NCBI GenBank assembly: GCA_017476325.1
Contig: JAFUZZ010000005.1
Location: forward strand, 1 to 33,532
Length of the DNA stretch: 33,532 nt
Source: a bacterium
GTDB taxonomy: Bacteria > Cyanobacteriota > Vampirovibrionia > Gastranaerophilales > Gastranaerophilaceae
Direction of reading: 5' to 3'
In this document: positions 14,074 through 23,756 of the stretch, piece by piece
Position numbering within the stretch: the first letter of the stretch is position 1
Layout of the letters: every line of letters starts with the position of its first letter
Position numbers and translations under genes: made by a program
The notes under the pieces: generated by a model
The model's input: only the letters and a program-made list of their open reading frames with translations
Told to the model about the DNA's origin: nothing
The model's database searches: none

Positions 14074-14102
14074 ATTATAAAAGCGGGTGACTAAAAAGTC
14101 AA
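14074..14102 (-). promoter_or_regulatory. Consensus sigma70 promoter for the hydrogenase gene; the -35 lies inside the MITE-like element
   Basis: The minus strand reads TTGACT (14102-14097), a 17-nt spacer, then TATAAT (14079-14074). The -10 is 24 nt upstream of the ATG at 14050. Confidence 0.6.
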
Positions 14103-14361
14103 ACTGTCATTCTGAACTTGGTTCAGAATCTGTTCAATCCCAATGATAACAGACCCTGATGTCTAACGACGACAGGCTCACACAATTTTTGAAGATACTG
14201 AAACCACTTGGTTGCTCGCGTAAAACGGCGTTCTGTCGGCGGAGTACTCCGCCTCCGTCAGCCTCTGCTCGCAATCCGCAAGTTCAGCATGACAAAAATT
14301 GGTTCGCTTTGTCATAAATTCAGGGTGACAATTTATCAGTTAGTAGGCTTTTTAGTCACCC
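14085..14361. mobile_element. 277-nt non-coding MITE-like element bounded by perfect 14-bp terminal inverted repeats
   Basis: TIRs are gggtgactaaaaag (14085-14098) and ctttttagtcaccc (14348-14361). Internal features: hairpin 14106-14130; perfect 16-nt palindrome ggcggagtactccgcc at 14238-14253; modules shared with 7765-7897 and 30136-30291. No ORF with coding features. Confidence 0.55.
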
Positions 14362-14378
14362 AAAATGTAAATTATAAA

Positions 14379-17039
14379 TTACACAACACCATTATAAGCG
14401 TCAATGTAGATTTTTTTGATATCCGACATTAAAGGATAAACAGGATTTGCTCCGGTACATTGGTCATCAAATGCCAATTCAACAAGTTCATCCAAGTTAT
14501 CCATAAATGTCTTTTCGTCAACGCCGAAATCTTTGATTGATTTTGGCAATTCTATTGCCGTCATCAAATCGTCAACGGCTTTGATTAATCTTTCAACTTT
14601 TTCATCATCGTCTTTTCCGCCTAGATTTAATTCATCCGCAATTTGTCCGTATTTAGCCTTAGCATTAGGGAATTTGTATTGAGGGAATGTTGCTTGCTTT
14701 TTAGGTGCATCATCAGAGTTAAACTTGATGATTTGTCTTATTAACAAGGCATTAGCAACACCATGCGGAACATGGTACATTGCTCCGAGTTTATGAGCCA
14801 TTGAGTGACATAAGCCTAAGAAAGAGTTTGCAAACGCCATGCCTGCTATTGTTGCGGCATAGTGCATTTTTTCTCTTGCTTTCGGATTTTTTGCTCCCTC
14901 TTTGTATGACGTTTCCAAATATCTAAAGACGAGTTTGCAAGCCTCAAGGGCATTTGAGTTTGTAAAATTGGTTGCCATAATTGAGACATAAGCCTCTATT
15001 GCGTGAACAAGAGCATCAATACCTGAGGCAGAAGTCAAACCTTTTGGCATACCGTCAACAAAATTAGGATCAACAACAGCCATATTAGGAGTCAAGGCGT
15101 AATCTGCTATGGCATACTTAACATGAGTTTCATCATCCGTAATAATTGAAAACGGAGTAACCTCAGAACCTGTACCTGATGTTGTCGGAATTGCTACCAT
15201 AATTGCTTTTTTACCAAGTTCCGGCAAGGCACAAATTCTTTTTCTGATATCCATAAATCTCATTGAAATATCTTCAAAATTTGTGTCAGGTTGTTCATAC
15301 ATTAACCACATAATTTTTGCCGCATCCATAGGTGAACCGCCGCCAAGAGCAATAATCACATCAGGTTCAAACGGTTTAAGAATACTCATTGCCTGATTTA
15401 TTGTTGATATTGTAGGATCAGGTTTAACATCAAAGAAAATTTGATATTCTATATTAATATCGTCCAAAATTTTTGTGATTTTATCAACAGCACCGGAATT
15501 AAACAAAAAACTATCAGTAACAATAAACGCACGTTTTTTGCCCTCTAATTCCCTAAGCGCCAAATCAGTAGCACCACGTTTAAAATAAATTTTAGACGGA
15601 ACCTTGAACCAAAGCATATTTTCTCTCCTTTCAGCAACGGTTTTGTAATTTAATAAATGTTCAACGCCAACATTACCGGAAACGGAATTTCCGCCCCAAG
15701 AACCGCAACCGAGGGTTAATGACGGTTCAAGTTTAAAGTTGTATAAATCTCCAATACCGCCATGAGATGACGGAGAATTAATTATCACCCTGCAAGTAGG
15801 CATTTTTTTAGCATACCAATCAATTCTTTCTTGAGAGCGGCTGTCTGTATAAAGTGCGGAAGAATGACCCGCTCCGCCTCTTATAACAAGTTCATAAGCC
15901 ATTTCAGCCGCTTCTTCAAAGTTTTTAGCCTTATACATAGACAAGATTGGCGACAATTTTTCTCTTGAAAAAGGGTCATTCCAATCAACTTTAGGTCTTT
16001 CTGCCAACAAGATTTTAGTACTTTCGGGAACTTTAAACCCTGAAAGTTCGGCAATTTTATAGGCAGTCTGTCCGACGATTTGCGGATGAGCAGTGCCTCT
16101 TGCAACGTCAATAAAAGGTAAATCGACCATTTTTTTCTGTTCTTTTTCGTTTACAAGATACGCACCTCTGTATTCAAATTCTTTTTTAACTTCTTCGTAA
16201 ACACTTTCAACAACGACAACTGATTGTTCGGATGCGCAAATCATACCGTTGTCAAAAGTTTTTGACATAAGAATAGAGGAAACAGCCATTTTTATATCAG
16301 CAGTTTCATCAATTACTGCAGAAACGTTACCTGGGCCGACACCAAGGGCGGGATTACCGGAAGAGTAGGCTGCCTTAACCATTCCCGGGCCGCCTGTTGC
16401 GAGAATGCAATCAATTTCCGGATGTTTCATCAACGCATTAGAAAGTTCAATAGACGGAACATCAATCCAACCGATAATATCTTTTGGAGCCCCTGCTTTT
16501 ACAGCGGCATCAAGAACAATTCTTGCGGCTTCGATAGTTGATTTTGTTGCTCGCGGATGCGGAGAAAAGATAATTGCATTTCTGGTTTTTAACGCAATCA
16601 AAGATTTAAAAATAGCCGTTGAAGTTGGGTTAGTAGTCGGGATAATCCCCGCCAACACCCCTAAAGGTTCGGCAACTATTTTTATTCCGTTTTCAATATC
16701 TTCACTGATTATACCGCAGGTTTTAACGTTTTTATGCTTATTATAAATATATTCTGATGCCAAATGGTTTTTAATAATTTTGTCCTCAAAAACGCCCATG
16801 CCTGTTTCTTCGACAGCCATTTTAGCAAGCGGAATTCTCGCCTTGTTAGCGGCAATAGCAGCGGCTTTAAAGATTTTATCAACTTTTTCCTGAGGATAAG
16901 TTGAATACTCTTCTTGCGCTTTTTTCACCCTTTTTATAAGTAATTCAAACGATTCAAGACTATCTACCAAATTAGTAGCCTTGTATGCTTTTTCGAGTTT
17001 TTCGACATCTTTTGATTTTTGGGTTTTAGTTTTTGGCAT
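14379..17039 (-). CDS. adhE: Bifunctional acetaldehyde-CoA/alcohol dehydrogenase
   Basis: 886 aa, with an N-terminal aldehyde dehydrogenase domain and a C-terminal iron-containing alcohol dehydrogenase domain ([18 protein letters not shown]). RBS aaAGGAGaaataagATG. Confidence 0.95.
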   Translation of the reverse strand: MPKTKTQKSKDVEKLEKAYKATNLVDSLESFELLIKRVKKAQEEYSTYPQEKVDKIFKAAAIAANKARIPLAKMAVEETGMGVFEDKIIKNHLASEYIYNKHKNVKTCGIISEDIENGIKIVAEPLGVLAGIIPTTNPTSTAIFKSLIALKTRNAIIFSPHPRATKSTIEAARIVLDAAVKAGAPKDIIGWIDVPSIELSNALMKHPEIDCILATGGPGMVKAAYSSGNPALGVGPGNVSAVIDETADIKMAVSSILMSKTFDNGMICASEQSVVVVESVYEEVKKEFEYRGAYLVNEKEQKKMVDLPFIDVARGTAHPQIVGQTAYKIAELSGFKVPESTKILLAERPKVDWNDPFSREKLSPILSMYKAKNFEEAAEMAYELVIRGGAGHSSALYTDSRSQERIDWYAKKMPTCRVIINSPSSHGGIGDLYNFKLEPSLTLGCGSWGGNSVSGNVGVEHLLNYKTVAERRENMLWFKVPSKIYFKRGATDLALRELEGKKRAFIVTDSFLFNSGAVDKITKILDDINIEYQIFFDVKPDPTISTINQAMSILKPFEPDVIIALGGGSPMDAAKIMWLMYEQPDTNFEDISMRFMDIRKRICALPELGKKAIMVAIPTTSGTGSEVTPFSIITDDETHVKYAIADYALTPNMAVVDPNFVDGMPKGLTSASGIDALVHAIEAYVSIMATNFTNSNALEACKLVFRYLETSYKEGAKNPKAREKMHYAATIAGMAFANSFLGLCHSMAHKLGAMYHVPHGVANALLIRQIIKFNSDDAPKKQATFPQYKFPNAKAKYGQIADELNLGGKDDDEKVERLIKAVDDLMTAIELPKSIKDFGVDEKTFMDNLDELVELAFDDQCTGANPVYPLMSDIKKIYIDAYNGVV

Positions 17040-17080
17040 CTTATTTCTCCTTTTGAATATATAGTTTTTTCTTACACAAA

Positions 17081-17109
17081 AGTATAAAACACATAAAGTG
17101 TATAATCAA
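17081..17109 (-). promoter_or_regulatory. Sigma70-type promoter candidate for adhE
   Basis: The minus strand reads TTGATT (17109-17104), a 17-nt spacer, then TATACT (17086-17081), about 40 nt upstream of the ATG at 17039. Confidence 0.4.
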
Positions 17110-17180
17110 CCCCCTTTCGGGAGGATAATTAAAATCGTATTATTTACATTTTTAAACTTAGAGAGTGTGCGGAAAACCAA

Positions 17181-18149
17181 CTACAACAAATGGCATGCCG
17201 CAAAATGAGCGGGACAAACCTCTTTAAGTTCGGGAACATTTTGATAACAACAGGAAACAACCTCTTCACAGCGCGGATTAAACCGACATCCTTCAATATT
17301 TTCGTATATATTCGGAGCCTGTCCTTTTATAATATCCAAATCTGATTTTGACGGATTTGGTAAAGAACGCAAAAGAGCTTGAGAATAAGGGTGCAGAGGA
17401 TTTTTAAAAAACTCTTTGCACTCACAGCTTTCAACGACTCTTCCCGAATACATTACGGAAACATAGTCCGCAACACCTTCAACAAGTGCCAAATCATGAG
17501 TAATTAATAAAATAGCAGTCCCTAAATCTTTTTTAATTTGCCCTAACAAATCCATTATTTGAGATTGAATTGTAACGTCAAGTGCCGTTGTCGGTTCATC
17601 GGCAATTAAGATTTCGGCATTACATGCAAGTGCCATAGCGATAATTGCCCTTTGACGCATCCCGCCTGAAAACTCATGAGGATAACTGTTTAAACGCTCT
17701 CGTGCCTGAGGAATTTGTACCGTCTCCAGTGCCTCAACCGCTCTTTCAATAGCCGCTTTGCCCTCAAGTTTTTGATGTTTTTTTATTATTTCCAAAAGCT
17801 GATTTCCTATTGTGTACAGCGGATTTAGCGAAGATAAAGAATCTTGCGGAATTAAAGCAATTTTTGCCCCGCGAATATTTTCGAACTCTTTTTTATTAAA
17901 ATCCAATAAATTTACTCCTCTAAAGAATATCTTTCCGCCTGTTATAACAGCGCTTTTGGGCATAAGATTTAAAACACTCATTGCGGTCATTGTTTTTCCG
18001 CAGCCTGATTCCCCGACAAGAGCGTGCATTTGCGATTGATTTAAAGTCAAAGAAACATCTCGTAAAACATGTCTAAGACCAAGTTCGGTCTTAATATCCA
18101 AATTAAAATTTTTAATTTCAAGTATACTCACAAAACTATTATATTTCAA
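17181..18149 (-). CDS. Oligopeptide/dipeptide-type ABC transporter ATP-binding protein (OppD/DppD-like)
   Basis: Walker A GESGCGKT, signature FSGGMRQR, Walker B ILIADEPTTALD, and a C-terminal Cys-rich oligopeptide-ABC extension (CRFNPRC). The start is uncertain: TTG 18149 or GTG 18131. Confidence 0.85.
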   Translation of the reverse strand: MKYNSFVSILEIKNFNLDIKTELGLRHVLRDVSLTLNQSQMHALVGESGCGKTMTAMSVLNLMPKSAVITGGKIFFRGVNLLDFNKKEFENIRGAKIALIPQDSLSSLNPLYTIGNQLLEIIKKHQKLEGKAAIERAVEALETVQIPQARERLNSYPHEFSGGMRQRAIIAMALACNAEILIADEPTTALDVTIQSQIMDLLGQIKKDLGTAILLITHDLALVEGVADYVSVMYSGRVVESCECKEFFKNPLHPYSQALLRSLPNPSKSDLDIIKGQAPNIYENIEGCRFNPRCEEVVSCCYQNVPELKEVCPAHFAACHLL

Positions 18150-18214
18150 ATATTATTTTTTGTATCGGTCAACTATATAATAGATTTATGGATTTTTTAT
18201 TTTAAAATAATGAA

Positions 18215-19471
18215 ATGTCTAAAATTGTAAAAAATACTTTATTAAATTATATTCCACGCGAATTTTGTATCGAAAACACAATAAATCCCGCAAGGATTTT
18301 TGAGATTAACCATAAACCTATCAGAAAAACCGGAGATATTATTTATCTTTGCGAAAGAGAAATCAGAGCAAAAGATAATTGTGCTCTTCAATACGCTATG
18401 ATTAAAAGCGAAGAACTTAATTTGCCCCTTAAAATTATTCACCCAAAAATTAAATATGAATATGAAGCAAAACAAAAATTTATTGATAAGCAAATTGAAC
18501 AAGCCAAAATATTATTCCGTAAGTTAAACCTGAGTTTTGAAATTATTGATAAATCTCCTTTTGAAATATTAAAAAATATAAATCCGGCATTATTAATCGT
18601 CGATTTTAACCCGATATCAAAAAGAGACTACCTGAATAATATTGATTGCAAAATTTATGAAATTGACGGACATAATATCGTTCCGGCACGATATGTTTCC
18701 GACAGGCAAGAGTATTCTGCCGCAACTTTGCGCAGAAAAATTTACCATAATATTTATCCCCTTTTTACTGAATTTAAAACTTTAACGACTGAAAAAACAG
18801 AAGCGGACAATGTTTTAGAAAATTTTATAAATAATAAACTGTCCTGTTATGCTGAATTTAAAAATGAACCGTCAAAAGATGTTGTTTCAGGTTTGTCAAA
18901 ATACCTGAATTTAGGGTTTATCTCTTCCCAAAGGGCCGCACTCGAAGTTGTAAAATCAGATGTTACAGTCGAAAATAAGGAAACCTTTTTAGAAGAACTT
19001 ATCATCAGAAAAGAACTTGCCGATAATTTTTGTCTGTATACCAAAGGCTTTAAAGATTTTTCGGGGATACCTGCTTGGGCTAAAATATCTTTAAATAACC
19101 ATAAAAATGATTTGCGTACATATATTTATTCTTCCGCAGAATTGGAGCGAGCCAAAACTCACGATAAGTTATGGAATGCGGCGCAAATTCAACTGATTAA
19201 GAAAGGAACCATTCACGGGTATTTAAGAATGTATTGGGCAAAAAAGCTTTCAGAATGGACTTTGTCGCCCGATGATGCCCTTAAAACCGCAATATATTTG
19301 AATGATAAATATGCTTATGATGCACCTTCTCCAAACGGTTATGTCGGAATTTTATGGGCAATCGGCGGATTACATGACAGAGCCTTTATTGATTATCCCG
19401 TTACGGGAAAAATAAGACGAATGACTTATGAGTCAATAAAAAGAAAGCATAATCTAAAAGGGGTGATATAA
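18215..19471 (+). CDS. phr: Deoxyribodipyrimidine photolyase, class II CPD type
   Basis: 418 aa. Motifs as I recall for class II photolyases: HGYLRMYWAKK, LWNAAQ, GYVGILWAIGGLHDRAF, LIIRKELADNF. Confidence 0.75.
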   Translation: MSKIVKNTLLNYIPREFCIENTINPARIFEINHKPIRKTGDIIYLCEREIRAKDNCALQYAMIKSEELNLPLKIIHPKIKYEYEAKQKFIDKQIEQAKILFRKLNLSFEIIDKSPFEILKNINPALLIVDFNPISKRDYLNNIDCKIYEIDGHNIVPARYVSDRQEYSAATLRRKIYHNIYPLFTEFKTLTTEKTEADNVLENFINNKLSCYAEFKNEPSKDVVSGLSKYLNLGFISSQRAALEVVKSDVTVENKETFLEELIIRKELADNFCLYTKGFKDFSGIPAWAKISLNNHKNDLRTYIYSSAELERAKTHDKLWNAAQIQLIKKGTIHGYLRMYWAKKLSEWTLSPDDALKTAIYLNDKYAYDAPSPNGYVGILWAIGGLHDRAFIDYPVTGKIRRMTYESIKRKHNLKGVI

Positions 19472-19581
19472 TAACCATATAACAATTTAATACACTAATA
19501 CATAAAATAAAATAAAATGGTATATTTTGTTCTTTTTTCTATGTTAATATTAAACAAAGGAGTAATAAAGGGAGATATAAA

Positions 19582-20205
19582 ATGAAAGTATTATTAATTA
19601 ACGGGAGTCCAAAATCAAACGGCTGCACCTTTACGGCATTGAATGAAATGATAAAGGTATTTCGGGATAACGATATTGAAACCGAACTTATCCATGTAGG
19701 ACAAAAAGATATAAGAGGGTGTGTAGCATGCAATCGCTGCAGACAAGACGGAAAGTGTGTCTTTGATGATATTGTAAATCAAACGGCAGAGAAATTTGAG
19801 CAGGCAGACGGTCTCGTAATAGGAAGTCCGGTTTATTTTGCGTCTCCTAACGGGACATTAATTTCATTTTTGGACAGACTTTTTTACAGCACTCCTTTCT
19901 CAAAACACATGAAAGTAGGTGCTGCTGTTGTTAATGCAAGACGGGGCGGTAACACATCATCTTTTGATGTTTTAAATAAATACTTTTCGATAAATTCAAT
20001 GCCCGTTGCATCAAGCACATATTGGAATATGACACATGGGTTTACTCCCGAAGATGTTAAAAAAGATGAAGAAGGGCTGCAAACAATGAGAAACCTTGCA
20101 AGAAATATGGCTTTTATGATGAAAGCATTAAACGATGCAAAAGAAAAATACGGTTTACCAAAACTTGAAACATCTTCGTTTACAAGTTTTCCTGACGGGA
20201 AATAG
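19582..20205 (+). CDS. NADPH-dependent FMN reductase / iron-sulfur flavoprotein-like protein
   Basis: Flavodoxin-fold start MKVLLINGSPKSNGCT. Compact CX2CX2CX5C motif (CVACNRCRQDGKC). RBS AGGGAGatataaaATG. Confidence 0.75.
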   Translation: MKVLLINGSPKSNGCTFTALNEMIKVFRDNDIETELIHVGQKDIRGCVACNRCRQDGKCVFDDIVNQTAEKFEQADGLVIGSPVYFASPNGTLISFLDRLFYSTPFSKHMKVGAAVVNARRGGNTSSFDVLNKYFSINSMPVASSTYWNMTHGFTPEDVKKDEEGLQTMRNLARNMAFMMKALNDAKEKYGLPKLETSSFTSFPDGK

Positions 20206-20249
20206 GGGTTATTAAGAGAATACTAAACGCGTAAAGATGAAACCCGACA

Positions 20250-23200
20250 ATGTCTGATTACAACGGAGTGAGAATGAACGGAATTAAACAAAAGTTTGGA
20301 CCTTTAGTAAATTTTGAGTTTGATAAATTATTTTTAGGGCAAGTGTTTTCACATTTTGCGGATGCTATTGCGCAATTTTTACTTGTTGCAATATTACTAT
20401 CCATGTCGGGTAGTGCGGGAAAATCCATTGCAATTATGTTTTTTGTGTTTCTTTTGCCCCAATTTTTGTTAAGTCCGTTTTCAGGTACACTTTGCGACAG
20501 GTTTTCACGAAAAATTATTCTTTCAATCAGTTGTTTATTACGCGCAATTACTGTTTCTATAATAATATTTTTGCTCCCGCACATTTCTCAAAATATAATC
20601 TACATCTTTGCTTTTGTTTTGGGAACGGGAGCCGCGTTTTTCTATCCGGCTAAAATGTCTGCGGTTACTAATGTCATAAAAAGCAATCAATTAAAGTTTG
20701 CTAACGCGCTAACGTCTTCTATTGGTGCGATTGCTCTTTTATTCGGTGCCTTTGCGGCTGATTATTTGGCAAAAATCGGATTTGAAAAAGCATTTTCAGT
20801 TGTCGGAGGATTATACTTGACTGCCTCTGTTTTAACCGCTTTGATACAATTTGTGATTCCTCAAAATTATTTTGTTAAAAAAGAAAAATCAAACGATATG
20901 GCACTTGCTTTAAACTATTTGAAAAAGCATAAAAAAGCTCTTTACCTGGTAGGACTTTCAATCGGACTGCAGTTCATCGTTGCGGTATTTTCAAACAGTT
21001 TGAATGCACTGATTACGGATTATTACGGACTGACTTTTTCTGATTTAACTTATTTGAGGACTCTTTTGGGCGTCGGTATAGTCGCAGGGATGGGAACGGC
21101 TATTTATTTTGCAAGGATAATGCGCATTCCGCACCTTTTTGCAAGCAGTTTTATGATATTGTGTTTTGCTCTTGTAACTGCTCCGTTATGCAAAAACATT
21201 GAAAATGCTTGGATGTGGCTTATACCTATCGGAATGGCTGATGCTGTTGTTATCGTAATGTTGGATACAATTTTACAAAAAATTACACCGGATAAAGTTA
21301 GGGGTAAAATCTTTGGTTTACAATTAACGTTCAGTACTTTGAGTTTTTTAATCGGAACTGCCGTTGCTGCTAATTTTATCGCTTATATTAATCCGTTGAA
21401 TATTTTTAAAGGCGCGGCGTTTTTATCATTTGTTTTGTCGGCATTGATTCTCATCTTTGATAAATCTTTCAGGTACTTATTGTTAAAGGCAACTTTGGGA
21501 CAAATTTTCTTACTTCTTTTTAGATATAGAGTTGAGGGTGCCGAAAACATACCGAGAAAAGGCAAAGTTATTTTGGCAGGTAATCATACGGGACATCTTG
21601 ACCCTTTTATCGTACAGATGGCAACAAATCGCCAATTATGGTTCGTAACGGGGCCTGCTGCGTTTAAGGTTCCGATTGTCAGACATCTCCTAAAATACTA
21701 TAACGTTTTACCGCTGAACTTCGGCAAAGGATTGGAGTCAATAGAAAACGCTAATCAAAAATTAAATTCAGGAGAGGCTGTAATTATTTTTCCGGAAGGA
21801 AAGTTTACCCCTAACGGCGAATTGTGTAAGTTTAATCGAGGTGTCGGATTAATGGCGAAAGCAACCAATGCGCCGATTATTCCGTTCGCAATTAAAGGCG
21901 GATTTGAAACATGGGGCGGCGGGAAGAAATTTCCAAAAATCTTCAATGAAATTGTTATACAATTCGGACAGCCAATTACGGAATTTGAGAATAGCGAAAA
22001 GGATATTGCTCACGAACTTCAAACACGCGTAAACTTTATGAAAAAATCACTGGAACGTCGTCAATTATATAAAATTGATCATAAACTGCATTCAAATTTT
22101 CTTGATTTAATGCAGGAAAAAGGCGATATTTACGGTCAGGTTAGAGCGCTTTCTCTTAAAACAAAGGATGGATATAGAGAATTAAGTTATATTGAAATTT
22201 CAAGAAAATCTAAAAAGTTTGCAAATTATTTAATCGAAAATTCAGCCATTCAAAGAGGGGACAGAATTGCAATAATTTGTGAATCCCGTCCCGAATTTTC
22301 AATAGGAATTTTTGCATCAATTCAGGTTGGTGCAATTACGGTGCCTTTGGATGTTAAATTGACAACGGCTGAGCATACGCATATTTTGAACGATTGTAAT
22401 CCTCGAATTTTATTGTGTTCAAGTCATTATTTAGAGCATGCGCTTGAAGTTAAAAATAATGTTTTGTCTGTCGAACAAATTTTTGTACTCGATGATGACG
22501 GAGAGCAAATATCCGAAAATTGTCCCTTGGTGTCCGCACTGGAGGCAGATATTGAGAAAAATTTGGGCAGAGCAAGATCTCTTGATGAAACGGCACTGAT
22601 TGTTTATACGTCAGGAACAACAGGAAATCCTAAAGGGGTTATGATTAGTTTTGGTAATATTTACTCTCAACTGAGAGATTTTGAAAATATGTTTAAACTT
22701 ACAAATAAACATACACTGTTGTCTATTTTACCGTTAAATCATTTGCTGGAACTTGATTGCGGGTTTTTCGGAATGCTTTATATGGGTGCAAAAGTAGTTT
22801 ATATCAAATCACTGAATCCGAAAGAACTCATAACGGTGATGAAAGAAAAAGAAATTACAAATATGATTGTTGTTCCGTTGTTGGCTAAAATGTTGAAAAA
22901 CAGCATGGAAAAACAAATTAAAAAGCAATCAGAAAGCGCACAAAAGGCATTCAAGGTTTTGTATAAACTTGCAAAATTTATGCCCGTGTGTGTGCGCCGT
23001 TTGATGTTCAAATCGGTAATTGACGGTTTGGGCGGAAAATTGGAGTGTTTTATATGCGGCGGAGCACCTTTGGATGATAGTGTTGCGGAATTTTTTGACA
23101 GAATAGGAATACCTGTTTTTCAAGGATACGGTTTGACGGAAACTTCACCGACTATTTCAACAAATCGTTATCGTCATTCCAAAATCGGGACAGTCGGACA

Positions 23201-23747
23201 GGCTTTGCCGTCGGTTATGGTTAAGATAGCGGAAAACGGGGAAATTCTTGCGACAGGGCCGAATGTTATGCAGGGATATTATAATAAGCCGGAAATGACA
23301 AAAGAGGTAATTGATGAAGAAGGTTGGTTTCACACCGGAGATATTGGAGAAATTGACAAAAACGGTTTTATTAAAATTACCGGCAGAATAAAAAATATGA
23401 TTGTTCTTGGCGGAGGAAAAAAGATTTTTCCCGAAGAAGTTGAAGCCGTATTAGAAAAATCTAATCTTATAAAAGAGGTCTGTGTAATGTCGTTGGCAAT
23501 AATATCAGGGAACAGGGCCGGAACGGAAGAAGTGGGTGCGATTATTTGTCCGTCCGATGATTTATTAAAAAAATCGGATGAAGAAATAAAGAAAGAACTG
23601 GAGGCAGAGGTTAAACGTCTTGCCGGAGCAAATCTTGCGCCATACAAAACTCCGACATCAATACTTTTACATCGCGAGGAACTCCCAAAAACGTCAACTC
23701 GAAAAGTTAAGAGAAAAGTTTTAAAAGAGTGGTATGAAAAACTATAA
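20250..23747 (+). CDS. Three-domain fusion: MFS lysophospholipid-transporter-like, 1-acylglycerol-phosphate acyltransferase-like, and AMP-dependent acyl-ACP/CoA synthetase (LplT-Aas-like)
   Basis: The N-terminal ~400 aa are polytopic, with the MFS loop motif GTLCDRFSRK. Acyltransferase motifs HX4D (NHTGHLD) and FPEGK. Adenylation motifs YTSGTTGNPKGV, GYGLTETS, TGDIGEID, PKTSTRKVKR. The likely true start is ATG 20274 (GGAGtgagaATG). Confidence 0.85.
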   Translation: MSDYNGVRMNGIKQKFGPLVNFEFDKLFLGQVFSHFADAIAQFLLVAILLSMSGSAGKSIAIMFFVFLLPQFLLSPFSGTLCDRFSRKIILSISCLLRAITVSIIIFLLPHISQNIIYIFAFVLGTGAAFFYPAKMSAVTNVIKSNQLKFANALTSSIGAIALLFGAFAADYLAKIGFEKAFSVVGGLYLTASVLTALIQFVIPQNYFVKKEKSNDMALALNYLKKHKKALYLVGLSIGLQFIVAVFSNSLNALITDYYGLTFSDLTYLRTLLGVGIVAGMGTAIYFARIMRIPHLFASSFMILCFALVTAPLCKNIENAWMWLIPIGMADAVVIVMLDTILQKITPDKVRGKIFGLQLTFSTLSFLIGTAVAANFIAYINPLNIFKGAAFLSFVLSALILIFDKSFRYLLLKATLGQIFLLLFRYRVEGAENIPRKGKVILAGNHTGHLDPFIVQMATNRQLWFVTGPAAFKVPIVRHLLKYYNVLPLNFGKGLESIENANQKLNSGEAVIIFPEGKFTPNGELCKFNRGVGLMAKATNAPIIPFAIKGGFETWGGGKKFPKIFNEIVIQFGQPITEFENSEKDIAHELQTRVNFMKKSLERRQLYKIDHKLHSNFLDLMQEKGDIYGQVRALSLKTKDGYRELSYIEISRKSKKFANYLIENSAIQRGDRIAIICESRPEFSIGIFASIQVGAITVPLDVKLTTAEHTHILNDCNPRILLCSSHYLEHALEVKNNVLSVEQIFVLDDDGEQISENCPLVSALEADIEKNLGRARSLDETALIVYTSGTTGNPKGVMISFGNIYSQLRDFENMFKLTNKHTLLSILPLNHLLELDCGFFGMLYMGAKVVYIKSLNPKELITVMKEKEITNMIVVPLLAKMLKNSMEKQIKKQSESAQKAFKVLYKLAKFMPVCVRRLMFKSVIDGLGGKLECFICGGAPLDDSVAEFFDRIGIPVFQGYGLTETSPTISTNRYRHSKIGTVGQALPSVMVKIAENGEILATGPNVMQGYYNKPEMTKEVIDEEGWFHTGDIGEIDKNGFIKITGRIKNMIVLGGGKKIFPEEVEAVLEKSNLIKEVCVMSLAIISGNRAGTEEVGAIICPSDDLLKKSDEEIKKELEAEVKRLAGANLAPYKTPTSILLHREELPKTSTRKVKRKVLKEWYEKL

Positions 23748-23756
23748 TTAAGGTAA

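Noticed and set aside
14208-14432. 74-aa plus-strand ORF inside the MITE-like element
   Set aside because: It is composed of repeat modules and runs antisense into adhE. It has no RBS.
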